Assembly: GCF_964194155.1 (NCBI RefSeq)
Contig: NC_135905.1
Coordinates: 28,830,001-28,894,000, forward strand
DNA: 64,000 nucleotides
From: Cetorhinus maximus
Taxonomy: Eukaryota
Direction: 5' to 3'
The position numbers and the translations under genes are program-made. Below are positions 51,695 through 64,000 of the stretch, one piece after another. The notes below the pieces were generated by a model. The model had not been told where the DNA came from and did no database searches. It saw nothing but the letters and a program-made list of their open reading frames with translations. Each line of letters opens with the position of its first letter. Positions within the stretch are counted from its first letter, which is position 1.

Positions 51695-52609
51695 GTGTTT
51701 ATGGGGGACAGAGAAGGGGATGCACAACATTGCTACCATATATTTGAATTCAGTCAGTATTGAACTTGTTGCATGTAAAGCAGTTGGTGATGTTTCTGAC
51801 AGATGTGGGATAGATGCGAATTATCACTAAATGGAGTGAACAGCAACTTTTAAAGAAGTCAGGAAGCTCAAGTTATAAGCATAAAGTGAAGAAAAGACAC
51901 AAATTGAGAGAGAGAGAGAGAAAAGGCCATTAATTTGGCTTAAAATTCCTACATTACTACCTTTCTTGATTCTTACATATCTTATGTTACTGCACTGATT
52001 ACACTTCCAAACTATTTAATTGGCTGTGGGACGCCCGGAGATAGTGAAAGGTGCTATATAATACAATTTTTTTTTTCTTTTTTTGTTTTCCTAACAATAA
52101 CTCCCTCCCGATTCATTTAAAAAGTCTGCTAATGAGAATGCTGACAACTGTTGTTACTGTTTTCCCGATCTGAGGAACTTCCAGCCAGAGACTGCACTCT
52201 TAATAGTTGAATCTTGACTTAGCCAGTGAGGAATTCTTGAGTAGCCTGTGGACCCAAACCTTTTGGCCTGTGTGCACATTGAGTATTTACTGAATACAAC
52301 AGTTTAGACTTTAGATGTCACACAACTGATTTACGGTATCAGGCACTGAACTTCTACAAGGCTTTTGTTAAAATGTATTTGAACTATCCATTATTTATAT
52401 GGATAATCTCATTTGAGAAAATAGCTACCAGAAAATAGTATTATTTAAATAACTAGCATAAAGAAAGTCTTGATTTTATATTGTGCTTTGTCATGTCTCT
52501 CAGAAAGTCCCAAAGAGCAGTACATAGAACACATCACCTTGAAATCCAGTGAGAAACACGGCAGCTAATTTGCAAGCTCTCATGATCAGCAACGAACTGA
52601 ACTGATCAA

Positions 52610-52895
52610 TGGAGGCACAGTCTCAGGATAAGGGATCAATCATTTAGGACTGAGATGAGGATAGATTTCTTCACTCAATGAATTGTGAATCTTTGGAATT
52701 CTCTACTCCAGAGGGTTGTGGATGCTCCTTTGTTGGAGATATTTAAGGCAGGGATAGACAGGTTTTTGGGGAATCAAGGGATATGGAGAGCGGTGGGAAA
52801 GTGGAGTTGAAGCCCAAGGTTAGCCATGATTGTGTTGAATGGTGGAGCAGGTTCGACAGGCCATATGGTCTACTCCTCTTCCTATTTCTTGTGTT
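52610..52895 (+). mobile_element. CR1 3' fragment
   Basis: CACAGTCTCAGGATAAGGG...TTTAGGACTGAGATGAGGATAGATTTCTTCACTCA...GAATCTTTGGAATTCTCT, same family as 18250-18578. Confidence 0.8.
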
Positions 52896-53008
52896 TTTGT
52901 AGAATCCACCTCAGCATTTCATCCCACATCACCAACCTTATTTGCTGTCTGTCACTTGTAAAACAACAATATTATCATAATCCTTCACTTTTCTATTAAT
53001 TCAAACGT

Positions 53009-53693
53009 TGCGCTGCATCTTACCTATGTCGGGCGGACTGGGCAGGAGCGGGCGGAGGCAGGTGGTGATCAGCTGCGTGCCGCCATTTTACATGGGCTGG
53101 CCAATTAAGGCCCACCCAACGTAATATGCGGCCAGTAGCGCCCAGCACTACCTGTGCGGGAAGGGGGAGGAGGGAGAATCAGGGCGTGAATCGCATGCAC
53201 GCAAAAGAGCGCAGCAATCTCCCTGAGGCACGGAGCTGCCTCAGGGAGGTTAAGTTGGTAATGAAAATGTTGAATAAATGACCTAAAAAGTTATTTAAAC
53301 ATGTCCCCTGATGTGACAGTGTCACATGAGCTGGTACATGTATGTGCATTTCGAAAATTTATTTAATTATTTTATTAAACCTTCAGGAAAGCTCATCCCG
53401 CCCGTGGATGATGTTTCCTGAAAAACACGAAGGCCGCTTGGGCCCTTCACCTGCCCACCAACCTTAATTAAGGTTGGACAGGCAGCGCTGTTAATGAGCT
53501 AAATTACTTGCCTAATGGCCTTGATAGGCCTTTGACAGTTCGGCAGGGGCGCAGCCGCCTCCAGCACATGCCCACCGAACACAATATTGAAATGACGCGT
53601 GATGACGTCAGGACACACGCCCGACGTCATCTCACGTCATTTTATGCATCGGCGTGTTGGGCCCACCCCCGATGCCGACGGCAATATCCTGGC
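53009..53693. mobile_element. Harbinger-type MITE related to 45296-45977
   Basis: Colinear internal motifs (CTCCCTGAGGC...GCTGCCTCAGGGAG; TCATCCCGCC.GTGGATGA; AAGGTTGGAC.GGCAG). Right end CAATATCCTGGCC; left TIR decayed. Confidence 0.8.
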
Positions 53694-54049
53694 CATTGTG
53701 TCAGGTGGAGTCAAAATATAAATAATAGATACAGAAAACTATCACTTGGCTGCTCCGAGCTATTTGTAGCCACTGAAACAATCAAAAGAACTCTGTCAAT
53801 ATTTTAAGACAATTGTTCACACCATCTACAGTAACTGCTGACCTTCTGAACATACTGTTTTAATTAAATCCTCTTGTTATCTTATTAATTCTGCTACTCC
53901 ATGCGATCTTTGCGGCATCAGTGATCACAGGGTTCATCTTTTTACCGAGGCAAAAGTGGCAGCCCACAGTTTTTCCTTGTTACAGATTTTTATTAAAGCT
54001 ATTCTCTTGCTGTCGGCATCGCTGGCATTATGGTGTCAGCCATCAACAG

Positions 54050-54605
54050 TGTCAGCTGTTGTGTCAGAGTCTAAAGGTCATGGGCTCAAGCCCTACTTCA
54101 GAGACTTGAGAGCAAAATCTAGGCTAACACTCCAGTGCAGTGCTGAGGGAAGATTGCACTGTTGGGGGGGGTGACATCTTTTGGCTGAAATATTAAACGG
54201 AAGCTCTGTCTCCCCAGTGTCCTGGCCAATGTTTATCTCTCAGCAAACAGCTAAAATAGATCATCTGACCATTATCAATGTTGCCTTTAAGCTATGCAGC
54301 TAAGCAGAAATTCGGAATGTACAGTGCAAGCAAAAAACAGGCTACCACAACCAATGTTCCCCTTTAAGGCCACACACCTATCTTAAAGGTACTGTGCAGT
54401 GCAACAAACAAACTGCATATAATAAAGAAAAAATAGAGGGAATATTGGTCACTGTTACATGGCTGACAATGGGAGCTTGTTGTGTGTAGATTGGCTGCCT
54501 TGTTTCCTGAAGTACAACAGTGATTATACTTCATAAATATTTCATTGCCTATAAAGCGCTTTGGGATGTTCTGAGGTTGTGACAAGTGCAAGAGAAATGC
54601 AAGTT
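54050..54605 (+). mobile_element. Deu-domain SINE (interrupted)
   Basis: GAGACTTGAGAGCAAAATCTAGGCTAACACTCCAGTGCAGTGCTGAGGG...CCAGTGTCCTGGCCAATG...AAAGCGCTTTGGGATGTTCTGAGGTTGTG. Confidence 0.65.
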
Positions 54606-55706
54606 TTTCTTATCCTTCTCCACATTGAAGCAATTAACTCAAATCCCATTTCCTGCTCTTTTCTCATGGTCTTTGATATTTTTCATCCTCATTTCTATAC
54701 ATATTTCTGTCTCAGCTTCAATAGTCACTGGATCCTAAGAAGCTTCTCCTAACCTTCCTCATTACTTCTGCTATAGACTAGTCCCACTTTACAGCTTTTT
54801 ATCAATTCACCAACCAGCGTCAATAATCTGTCACTATTTATACTGTCAATTGCTTTCAGAATTTCGAACACCAGTTAGATTCCTCTTTAGTAATTTTGAC
54901 TTGTGAAATCTCACACTGTAATGATATTTTCCCTTCCATGATAACATTCTCATACAGCTTCCCCTTGACTCCAATATCCTTTCTATAATGGGGTGCCCAA
55001 AGCATGCAACATAGTGTAACTGTTCATCTAACACTGGTAATTTCAAGTCATGTCTTCTTTTACTCATGTTTATTTCATACTTTAATTCTCTCAGTCATAT
55101 TGAATTCTACATATTCTTATCTATCCAGTTACATCCCCTCTGGACCTGTCTTTTGTTTCTATATTTATCACCTCTGTTTGCTCTGCACTATTATCATTTG
55201 TGTCATTTAATCATTTCTACCCTATCACACACACCTCCCTTTTATTTTTCTCTTGAACCCTTTTCCCTGGCCCTGTATCTCTTAAAGAACAATTCAAGGC
55301 TATGGGCCAAGTGCTAGTAAATGGGATTAGGTAGGTAGGTCAGGTGTTACTCATGTGTCGGTGCAGACTTGACAGGCCAAAGGGCCCCTTCTGCACTGTG
55401 TGATTCTGTGATTCTGTAATCTAATAAAAAAAGGTCTCTGAACTGAACTCCGTTTCCCTCTGCACCGATGCTACCTGCTGAGTATTTCCAGCATTTTTTG
55501 CTTCTTTAATTTGAGTTCTACATACTTTGACAAAAGAAAAATACTTTGGATACTGGAATACTGAAATAAAAAGAGAAGAAGCTGGTAACGCAAAGCAGGT
55601 CTGGCAGCATCTGTGGAAAGAAAAACAAAAGTTAATCTTTCAGGTTGGTGACCTCATATGAGATCCAGAAGAAGTTAGAGATTTAACAGTTTATAATTGA
55701 GTACAG

Positions 55707-55995
55707 AGGAGGTCTTGCGGCATGTATCCCATGTATCTTGTAGCTGCCTCTGAGCCAGAAGCTTTGGGTTCAAGTCCTGCTTCGGGACTTGATGACCAAG
55801 GAAGGCGCATTAGTAACGCGGTCAAACGGGTTGCGTATCAACTTGTAAATCCTTCCAACATACGCCAGTGCCAGGTGGTAAGAGTGGGCGAGGTTCCTGG
55901 TCAGCCACATGATGGAAAGAAGTTGGAGCCTCTGCCATTACTATTCGTAGCTCCAGGGCTACAACATGCATGTAAACCACAGCAGCAACTCAACT
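55707..55995 (+). mobile_element. tRNA-headed SINE, same family as 24262-24580
   Basis: Colinear similarity over ~280 bp. Confidence 0.7.
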
Positions 55996-56789
55996 CCCCC
56001 GGGGAGGCCGGTTGGTTCAGTCAGCCGGATGGCCGGTGTGGATCAGGTTGGTGCTTGGGGTTCAATCCCCATTCTGGCTGGGATGGATTCGGGACCCCCT
56101 GCCTCCTTGCTCTACCTGTGGTGGAGGCTGCAGCACCGTGGATCGGATCGGACCTGCCAGTGAACTCAAGGAGAAGAATCAAGTATGGTGTCAGCGGAAA
56201 AAGGTGGGTGGAGCTCTGTGCATGCTTGATGCTGTAAAATCTCCAATTATTTCCAGCTCTGATGAAAGGTCATCAACCTGAAAGGTCATCAACTAAAAGA
56301 AACCTGGAAGCAGAAACAGCAATGATTTCAAAAGGAGATTGAATGGACACTTGAAGGAAATAAACTGAATCGAGCAGGAGAGTGGGACTGACTGGATTGC
56401 TCAGTGGAGGGCTGGCAATCACTCGCTGGACTCCTTCTGTGCTGCAAGTGACTCTTTTACTCTTTAAAAGGTCAACACTGCTGCTTTCTCCACAGATGCT
56501 ACCCGATGCGGGATGTCTTGCAGCATTTTCTCTTTTTATCCCATGCTTAGCCTTCAATGTCGAGCTGTCCTGCAGTCCATTAACATTTAAATGTGGAAGG
56601 GGATGCCACAGACTCATTATTAAACTCTGCGTAAACTTAAAAAGTTCAAGACAACACAATCAGTTTGCAACTGGTTTGATACTGCACCGTGAGCCAGGCT
56701 CTCCAATATATCTTTAACCGCTCTCTACTGAAGTCAGATCAGCCTCTGGAGTTATATGGTCACCAGCTTTGGAAACCATGAGCAGCAAC

Positions 56790-57140
56790 AAAAACGTAAG
56801 AACATAAGAAGTAGGAACAGGAGTGGACCATAGCGCCCCTTGAATCCGTGCCCCCTTTTAACAAAGTCAAGTCTGATCCTTGACCTCAACTCCATTTCCT
56901 GCCCAAGTTCCCATCTCCCTAGATTATCTTAGTGCCTGAAAATCCTTTGCTCTCTGTCTTGAATTATCTCAATGATCCACAGCTCTCTGGTGTAGAGAAT
57001 TCCAAAAATTCACAACTCTGAGTGAAGAAATTTCTCCTCATCTCAATGGCCGACCCCCCCATCCTGAGACTATGAGCTTTTAATACCCTCCCTCCCTCTC
57101 TTTAATACCCTATGCTCTCCAGCCAGGGGGAACATCTGGC
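56790..57140 (-). mobile_element. CR1 3' fragment
   Basis: TAAGAACATAAGAAGTAGGAACAGGAGT...AGAGAATTCCAAAAATTCACAACTCTGAGTGAAGAAATTTCTCCTCATCTC. Confidence 0.75.
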
Positions 57141-57717
57141 AATGCTAAAACCCACCCATTCTATGCTCTGACCAATACCATATTTTCCCAAGGAAATTAA
57201 GAAAGTGCTGGAAATACAAAACAGATCAATTAACATCTGACGGAGAGCAAGAACTTGCATTTGTCTAGCGCCTATCACAACCACCTTATGTCCAAAAGTG
57301 CTTTACAGCCAATGAAGTACTTCTGAAGTGTAGTCACTGCTGTCATCTAGCCTAGAATAAGCAAAGAGGACGAAGAAGTTGGGTGGGACCTTCTGAGGCT
57401 GTGAAAGGCGCTATGCCAATGCAATTCCTCGCCTTTCCTTTAAATATTTATACCCTTTTCGTCAAGATCACACCCAAAATAGCTTTGTCGTAATCGTTGT
57501 GTACTTTGAACACTTTATGTTTGATTTGTGATTTCCAGGGCCTTTTTTTCCCCTCTTATTTAAATGCAGGAGGGTTTTACGGTATCCGGTGGATCATTGA
57601 CTGCGGTGCAAATAAAGGTTTATGCAGATAGTTCAGGCTCGCCTCGCCTCTCCTGGCACCGGCACAAATGGCTTTGTAGTTAATTTTTAATTTGACTCCT
57701 GTTAGACTCTCCCCAGG

Positions 57718-57876
57718 ATGGAAGCGGCAGTTCCTGCGGAGGGGACCGGGGGCTGGTGCTGGCTGTCAGCCTCCTGGTCTCTCTACCTGCTCTGCTCCGG
57801 CTTCTCCGAGTTCTTCAGCGGCGTCTTCATCAACCAGTACCGCTTCAACTTCCCTGCTTTCATCGCCCTGTGCCAG
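57718..57876 (+). CDS. SLC35D3-like nucleotide-sugar transporter, coding exon 1
   Basis: MEAAVPAEGTGGWCWLSASWSLYLLCSGFSEFFSGVFINQYRFNFPAFIALCQ. The Y-x-F-x-F-P...Q motif matches SLC35D TM1-2. Good Kozak AGGATGG, donor CAG|GTCAGG, CpG-rich context. Confidence 0.85.
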
Positions 57877-59299
57877 GTCAGGACAGCCCCAGCGCCGCTT
57901 CCGCAGCCTTGGGAGTTGTAGTTTTACCCATTGTACCTGAATCCATCGTCAGGGCTGCGATTCCGCACTTACCATCAACCAAACTGGTACTTTAGGGATT
58001 GACTCCCCCCCCAGCTTGTCCTTCTATAGAGAATCGTAGACCGATACAGCACAGAAGGAGGCCATTCTGCCCATCATACCTGTGCAGGCTATTCAATGCA
58101 TCTCATTCCTCTGCTCTTTCCCCGGAGTCCTGTATTATTTTTTCCCCCCACCCTCTTCAAGTCTTTACAATGGGGCTTCTTTTTGCCTTGAATCACTGGT
58201 TGGTGGTGATGGAATAAGTCAAGCTCTGTTTTTATGATAAAAGATAAAAGAAGAAGAGTCATACGGACTCGAAACGTTAACTCTGTTTTTCTCTCCACAG
58301 ATGCAGTCAGACCTGCTGAGTCTTTCCAGCATTTTCTGTTTTTTTTTATTATAATGGCTTGTCGAATTTTTACACGTTTTACTGGGGTCACAGATATTTT
58401 TGCTTTGTTGCCTTTTGGAGTCAGGGATGAATTTCCCTGCATGTGCTCATTTTTTTGTTTTGGCTTTCAGCATTACTAGTAGCTTTCTTTTTATTCATTG
58501 ATGTGATGTGGTTGGTTGGTGGCATGGTCAGCAGCTATCGCCCCATGACCCTAACTCCCGCCTTCTTGAACTGCTGGAGTTCATCTGCTGCAGGTACTCT
58601 GGGGATCAGTGGTGCTTGAGGTTGCTCTCTCCAGTGTACAGGATGGGCAGTGATGGGTCTGCCGGCCTTTGTTCACCTGGTTAATGTTTGTATGTCAGTT
58701 CTTTAAGTATTGCTGTATAGTGCTGTGAATGAACCACCAACTCTCACTTACTTCCAACGATCAGCAATTTTGCATGTCCAAAAAGAATCTAAATGATATC
58801 TTGTACTGTAAAAATAATTACATTTGAATTCAGAGGATTCGTGGCACTTTGGCAGGCACCAGTACAAACATGGCAAAAGTTTTGATGAGTTGCTCAGCTG
58901 CTAACACATTTGGCTATAGCATTGTGATTTGAGCTCCACTCTAGGAATTAGGGTTTCACAAAGAGTGCAAACTCTCCAGTGCAGTATTGAGTTACATTAG
59001 CAAGAGTTCAAACAAGTTTCTGAATGCCTATCTGAAGAGCAGGTAGCCTCCTAGTCTTCTGGCCCACATTCCTCCCTCAACCAGGGCTAAGAAAAGCAGA
59101 TTAGTGGGTGATTCATCTCATTGTTATTTGTGGGATCTTGCTCTGCACAAAACAGCTGCTTAATGTACTTCACAGTTATTGCATTTTGAAGTCATTTATT
59201 GCATACAAAATCCTTTGAGACATCTTGGGAGGCATGCAAAGAGTATATAAGTACAAGTTCTGCTGTATGATATTATTTCACAGTGTTATCCTTTGCTAG

Positions 59300-59594
59300 G
59301 CTCTGCTGACCATTGTGGTGCTGCAATTATTGAGACAAGCTGGACTGTTGAAGATCCAACCGTATTTACTGGAGAGTGGAGAGATTTTCCTGCTCCCTTC
59401 CATTTGCTCCGGTTTTCATTCAGTCCTAACCCTGTGGGCTGTGACCAGCTCCAATTCCATAGTCTTCACATTCATCCAACGGTTTACACCCCTGGCCACC
59501 TTGGTATTCTTGGAAACATTTAACTTGAAAAAGAGAACCTCCTTCAGCAATGCTTTTTTGGTGCTGCTGGTCACTTCGTGCTCCATTTTTGCAG
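59300..59594 (+). CDS. SLC35D3-like, coding exon 2
   Basis: ALLTIVVLQLLRQAGLLKIQPY...FHSVLTLWAV...FIQRFTPLATL...VLLVTSCSIFA(G) aligns with human SLC35D3 LELLRRLGLIAVPPF...LQSSLTLWSL...FKRCLPLVTM...VLITTCGAALAG. CTAG| and |GTAAGA. Confidence 0.9.
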
Positions 59595-60533
59595 GTAAGA
59601 TGTGATAAAGAATAAACCATGCTACTTCTAGCATTGCTTCTGTACATCACTGCACTTCAAAGTAATTCATTCTATGTTAAACTTTTGTTGTATAAATCTG
59701 TATATAAATACAAGTCTGTATTTTCAAACCCTACAGCCTAACCTAATATACATCCTACCTCTACACTGTTTTCTAGACCTATGCCCGTTTGTATTTTTGA
59801 CCCAGCTGCCATCCCATTTCTCTCTCTGCTCCATCCTCAGTGGCAAAGCTTTTCATCTTTGTGCTGTTGCATGTTGGAATGTCCTTCCATAACACCAACA
59901 CCTTACTACACCTCTCCCTCAAAGGTCTGTTCACAACATACCTTTTTGATCAAGCCTTCATCACCTTCCCTCAATCATGCTCTGCAGCATCTCAGAACGT
60001 TAAAGGCACTATTATAAGCATTGTGAAAAGTGAAGTTAAAAACAGAAAACACTGGTAAATATACATGTCCACCACCATATGCAAAGGAGAAGATAAGTTA
60101 ACATTTAACTTTTCATGATGGTCTGACATTGACCTCTCTTCCCAAACCTGTAAAAGGATCTGTGACCAAAATGTTAACTTTTCTCTTTACAAATGTCAAC
60201 CATAATTTGCAGTTATCTTTCTTTTTATCTCTACTTAAAATTGCCCTGAGGCATAAAGCCACCTCTTCCTATTCAATCAATAAAATATTGCCAATCATTA
60301 ACCAGACAGGTTAGATTCCATTGCTTTTGTTTGTCCAGTTGAAGGCAATACAGGGGAAATATTTTGTCCTTTGTGGCAAGTGCCAAATTTCTCTTTGTAC
60401 CTCATTCCAGTGATTTAAAAGGATAATGAACCCTTTTTCAGCAAGATGTGTAACAATGAACCACATGTCACTGAAGGGTGATTCACAGCAACATTTTTCT
60501 CTCCAAAGATTGTGGAAAATCGATCAATAAATG

Positions 60534-60626
60534 GTTGTGTATGTATATAGACTATTAAACCTCCTGTTCAAGAGCACTTACCTCCCTTTGATCCAGAAGA
60601 TTTGTGAAGACCACAAGAAGTCAGTG
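60534..60626 (+). repeat. 93-bp intronic duplicate of part of SLC35D3-like exon 3 (61617-61709)
   Basis: 90 of 93 bases are identical to 61617-61709. Confidence 0.95.
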
Positions 60627-61590
60627 CCAACATGGTTAAGATTAGTTATTGTTGGTCCCTAAAATTATTTTAATTTATGCGAGAGGTGACTTGAATTCAC
60701 CAACCGATAAGAGTATGTTGCCAGAGAGATGACTAAGAGCTGTAGGTCTTTGGAATATTGGGAGATTTTGATAATAGCATAATTATGGATGAGGAAGGCC
60801 ATTTGGCTTATCTTGATTCATCCATCCAGAACGAGCCCCCTCCCCCACCCCATCCCAGCATCCCAGTGAATGATTCCAGGGTTTCGATTTTATCCGAGAG
60901 CCCATTCCATGTATTGATTACTCTGTGCATAGAAGAATCTCGTCAGTCCAAAATTTGCCTGTGCACCCTTGTCTATTCATGTAATTTAATCTTATTTTCT
61001 TTTTCCATTCTGTTATTTTGGATACCTCCTGGAGGATCACTTCCTTTCAAGGCTAAAAAGCTCAAGTGTCTCCACTTTTTCCTCATAAGTCAAACTTTTG
61101 ATGCACGTGATCAAAAAGATGGCCCTTTTCTGCACTTCCTTTAGCAAATGTGACCAGAACTAGACACAGTTCTCAAGATGTTGGTAGATTGGAGCACTAT
61201 GCAGTTTGATCGTGACTTCCACTGGCTGGAATTCCACTGGTCAGCATTTTATTGGTTTTGTTGACTGCTGCCTAAAATTGGTTATACATGATTAGTGGTA
61301 TATCTAAGAATCTTGGGTTTTTTCAATTTCATTATTAGTTATTTCAACACCGTTCACAAAGTGTGTGTCATCATTTCCCTTCCAATGTGCAGCACTTTAC
61401 AGTTCCCTTCATTAAATTCATACGACAGAGCACAGCGTATCTCCCAGCTGCAAGCTGCCATTGGCAACTGCTAAAGCCATGTCCTGTTGGGAAGCGGATT
61501 TATTTTGAGGAATGTGAAAGGAAAAGTATCCATTGCCACATCTTTATCCTGCTTTCTAAATATGAACTATTCTAATATGTTCCTGTCTAG

Positions 61591-62105
61591 GGCTTCAGAT
61601 TTTCAATGATGAAGCTGTTGTGTATGTATATGGACTGTTAAACCTCCTGTTCAAGAGCACTTACCTCCCTTTGATCCAGAAGATTTGTGAAGATCACAAG
61701 AAGTCAGTGGTGGATGTCTATTACACCTGCACCATTAATAGCTGTCCACTGCTGTTGGTGTACTGCCTTCTCCATCCAGATACTCCTCAGATCTTCCCTT
61801 CAGGCAGCTGGTCCAGTCTGATCTTTTTGGGCTTTTTTTCCTTGGTGTTGCTCCTGGGATCTTTGCTGAATTTTCTGGTTTTCCTGTGCACCTTGCTGAG
61901 CTCGGCACTGACAATGAACATGATCGAGGTTGCAAAGACAGACATACTGACACTGAGGAATATTGTTACACATGAATGGACTTTCTCACCCCCGCTTCTC
62001 ACCAGTCTTCTCATCAGTATCAGTGGAGCAGGCATCTATGTGTACAAAAATTCTAGACAGATAAATACAGGAACAAGGAAAGGTGCAACGGAAATCACCA
62101 TCTGA
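61591..62105 (+). CDS. SLC35D3-like, coding exon 3 (terminal unless spliced at 62082)
   Basis: GLQIFNDEAVVYVYGLLNLLFKSTYLPLIQK...SCPLLLVYCLLHPD...W...LLGSLLNFLVFLCTLLSSALTMNMIEVAK...ISISGAGIYVYK aligns with SLC35D3 GYVTGVLAVLVHAAYLVLIQK...LIGCAMNFTTLHCTYINSAVTTSFVGVVK. Total 969 nt = 322 aa. Confidence 0.9.
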
Positions 62106-62289
62106 AAACTTCTCAGTATATTACAAGTATTGGAATTTAAGTTAATGGATAATTTTCCTCTTTGTGTCACCTGAGGGTGTTGATTTATTGCTGGTTCCAT
62201 GTCTACAATTCTCCAGTGCTCTGTCCAATTTGCCACACAAAAAATGAACCTCGATATTGATTTGTGGAAAGTTATCCAATTTTAGAAAG

Positions 62290-62732
62290 GCTTGAATTCA
62301 TATAGCAGCTTTCACAATCTCAGGACATCCAAAGTGTTTTACAGCTCATGCAATACTTTTTTTTTATTGTATTGCAGAAAACAAGGCAACTAATTTATGC
62401 ACAGTAAGCTCCCACAATCATGTGATAATGACCAGATATTCAATTTTTAGTAATGTTGATTAATGGATACATTTGGTCAAGAAACCATGGAGAACTCCCC
62501 TGCTCTTCCTTGAAACAGTATCATGTGCTCTTGTAGGTCCACCTGAGAGAGCAGATGGTGACTCAGTTTAATATCTCAACGAAAGAAAGCATTTCCAACA
62601 GTGAAGCATTACCTCAGTACTGCACTGAAGTCTCAGGCTTGATTTTTGTGCTCAAGTATCTGGAGTGGGACATGAACGCACAACCTCTGACTCAAAGAGG
62701 CAAGAGTGCTACCCACTGAGCCACAGCTGACT
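62290..62732 (-). mobile_element. Full-length Deu-domain SINE
   Basis: CTCAGTACTGCACTGAAGT...GGAGTGGGACATGAACGCACAACCTCTGACTCAAAGAGGCAAGAGTGCTACCCACTGAGCCACAGCTGAC. Confidence 0.75.
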
Positions 62733-64000
62733 AAACATCACAGGCTCAATGCACCATTGTCACTCAACGTTCACACGCACATTTTCCGGCAGGGATCACT
62801 AGACAGCTATCAGGGATAGTAACTTGCAAATTTTTTCGTAAGATACAAAGACCGATCCCATACTGCCAAGAGCTAAATTAGCTTGAACCTGGGACATTCT
62901 TGGCCTGTATGTCTCCTTTAATTCACTGGAACAGGATAAAAAGCCATCGGAGCAACATGTTCTAAATAAGCTCCTGCCATCTCATTTTGTACTTGCAAAA
63001 TCTAGCACCTTCTCTTTAGTTCAGAAAAGTTAGTGACTTTGTCCTTTTCCAGATATTTTTGAGCTGTGCTGAACCCAGCCTTTGTACTTTAAATGCAAAT
63101 TGTTGTCCTTTATTGTTGCACAGGGTAGTTGTTAAAAATGTTTTTTTCATTATAATAAACTCATCTGTTGCAGGAGTACCGTCGGTGTTTTTTTGTTCTG
63201 ACTCCTACCTCTTACAATGTTTTCCCCTCCAGATTTCAGAGTATAATTTAACAGACACTGACCGCCCTCCAGCACTTTATGGAAGTGACCATCCTCCACG
63301 CCAGAGTCTAAACAGTCAGATTCAGCAGGTTATTTACCCGTACTTTGCAACCCATCCAATTCTGACCAACCTACAATAAGGAGCAAGAATCTCGGTTAGT
63401 TTTGCTCCTCCCTAGCCCAGCGAGGTGCAGATTTTTTAAGAGTCTTTATAACCTTTACTGCTGTCGACCTGTGCAGATTTTCTTGCACACTTCAGTCTGA
63501 TTAAAGGTTTTTTTATAAATACTGAACCTGTACACAGTAATTTGAACGTGGCAAAGATGTTGCAAGATCAAGGGGTTTAAAAAGAGAATTCCAGAGCGTG
63601 GAGATGTGATAACTGAAGGTTTTGGAACTGATGGCAGAATGATAGCGGCAGGATGTGGATATGACAGAACAGCAAGCAGGTCAGACTAAGTGTCAAACTG
63701 AGACTTCTCAGATGAGATCAGTGTAGCTCAACAGCACTGGATGTATTTACCCGATTAAACATTAGGGGGTCTGCATAGATTCTTATTGCAAATAAAGTGA
63801 TGAAACATTATGTAACACAAATTGGTCTTTTGAGGGCAGCCCTTCACTTTGCTTTCTAAGTTATCATTGAATCGGCTTCCAGTGTATTCCTGATCATAAC
63901 TTGCTGTGTAAATAAAAATCAATCTCATCTTGCCTGGGTTTTTTGGCCGATTACCTTAAATCCGTATCCTCTGATTACCAGCCCTCCTGCCACTAGAAAC

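Noticed and set aside
55722-56237. 171-aa ORF similar to the ORF at 24367-24570
   Set aside because: The similarity comes from a shared SINE family, not from a protein family.

Overview
Vertebrate genomic DNA, most likely a shark/elasmobranch (inferred from the repeat mix: CR1 LINEs, Deu-type and CR1-tailed tRNA SINEs, Penelope elements, Harbinger MITEs). Two spliced plus-strand protein genes were reconstructed by hand. The first is NUDT13, with 8 coding exons at 30876-46384 (338 aa) and a probable first exon in a CpG-rich promoter at ~28.2 kb. The second is a divergent SLC35D3-like nucleotide-sugar transporter, with 3 coding exons at 57718-62105 (322 aa) and possibly a further exon at ~63.24 kb. 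A probable non-coding first exon of a divergently transcribed minus-strand gene lies at ~16.7 kb; P4HA1 is expected from mammalian synteny but is not proven here. There is also a disabled histone H3 copy at 20965-21346. The rest is dense, often nested transposon debris. Most ORFs in the supplied track are chance or repeat-derived. I found no convincing wholly new system. The best leads are: short Penelope-derived hairpin insertions with ~14-bp target duplications and minimal hammerhead ribozyme motifs; the SLC35D3 paralog with a 93-bp intronic copy of its own exon; a 68-bp tandem repeat carrying CTCF-like motifs at the NUDT13 promoter; and an in-frame uORF ahead of NUDT13. All homology calls are from recognition of the sequence; no database search was run.
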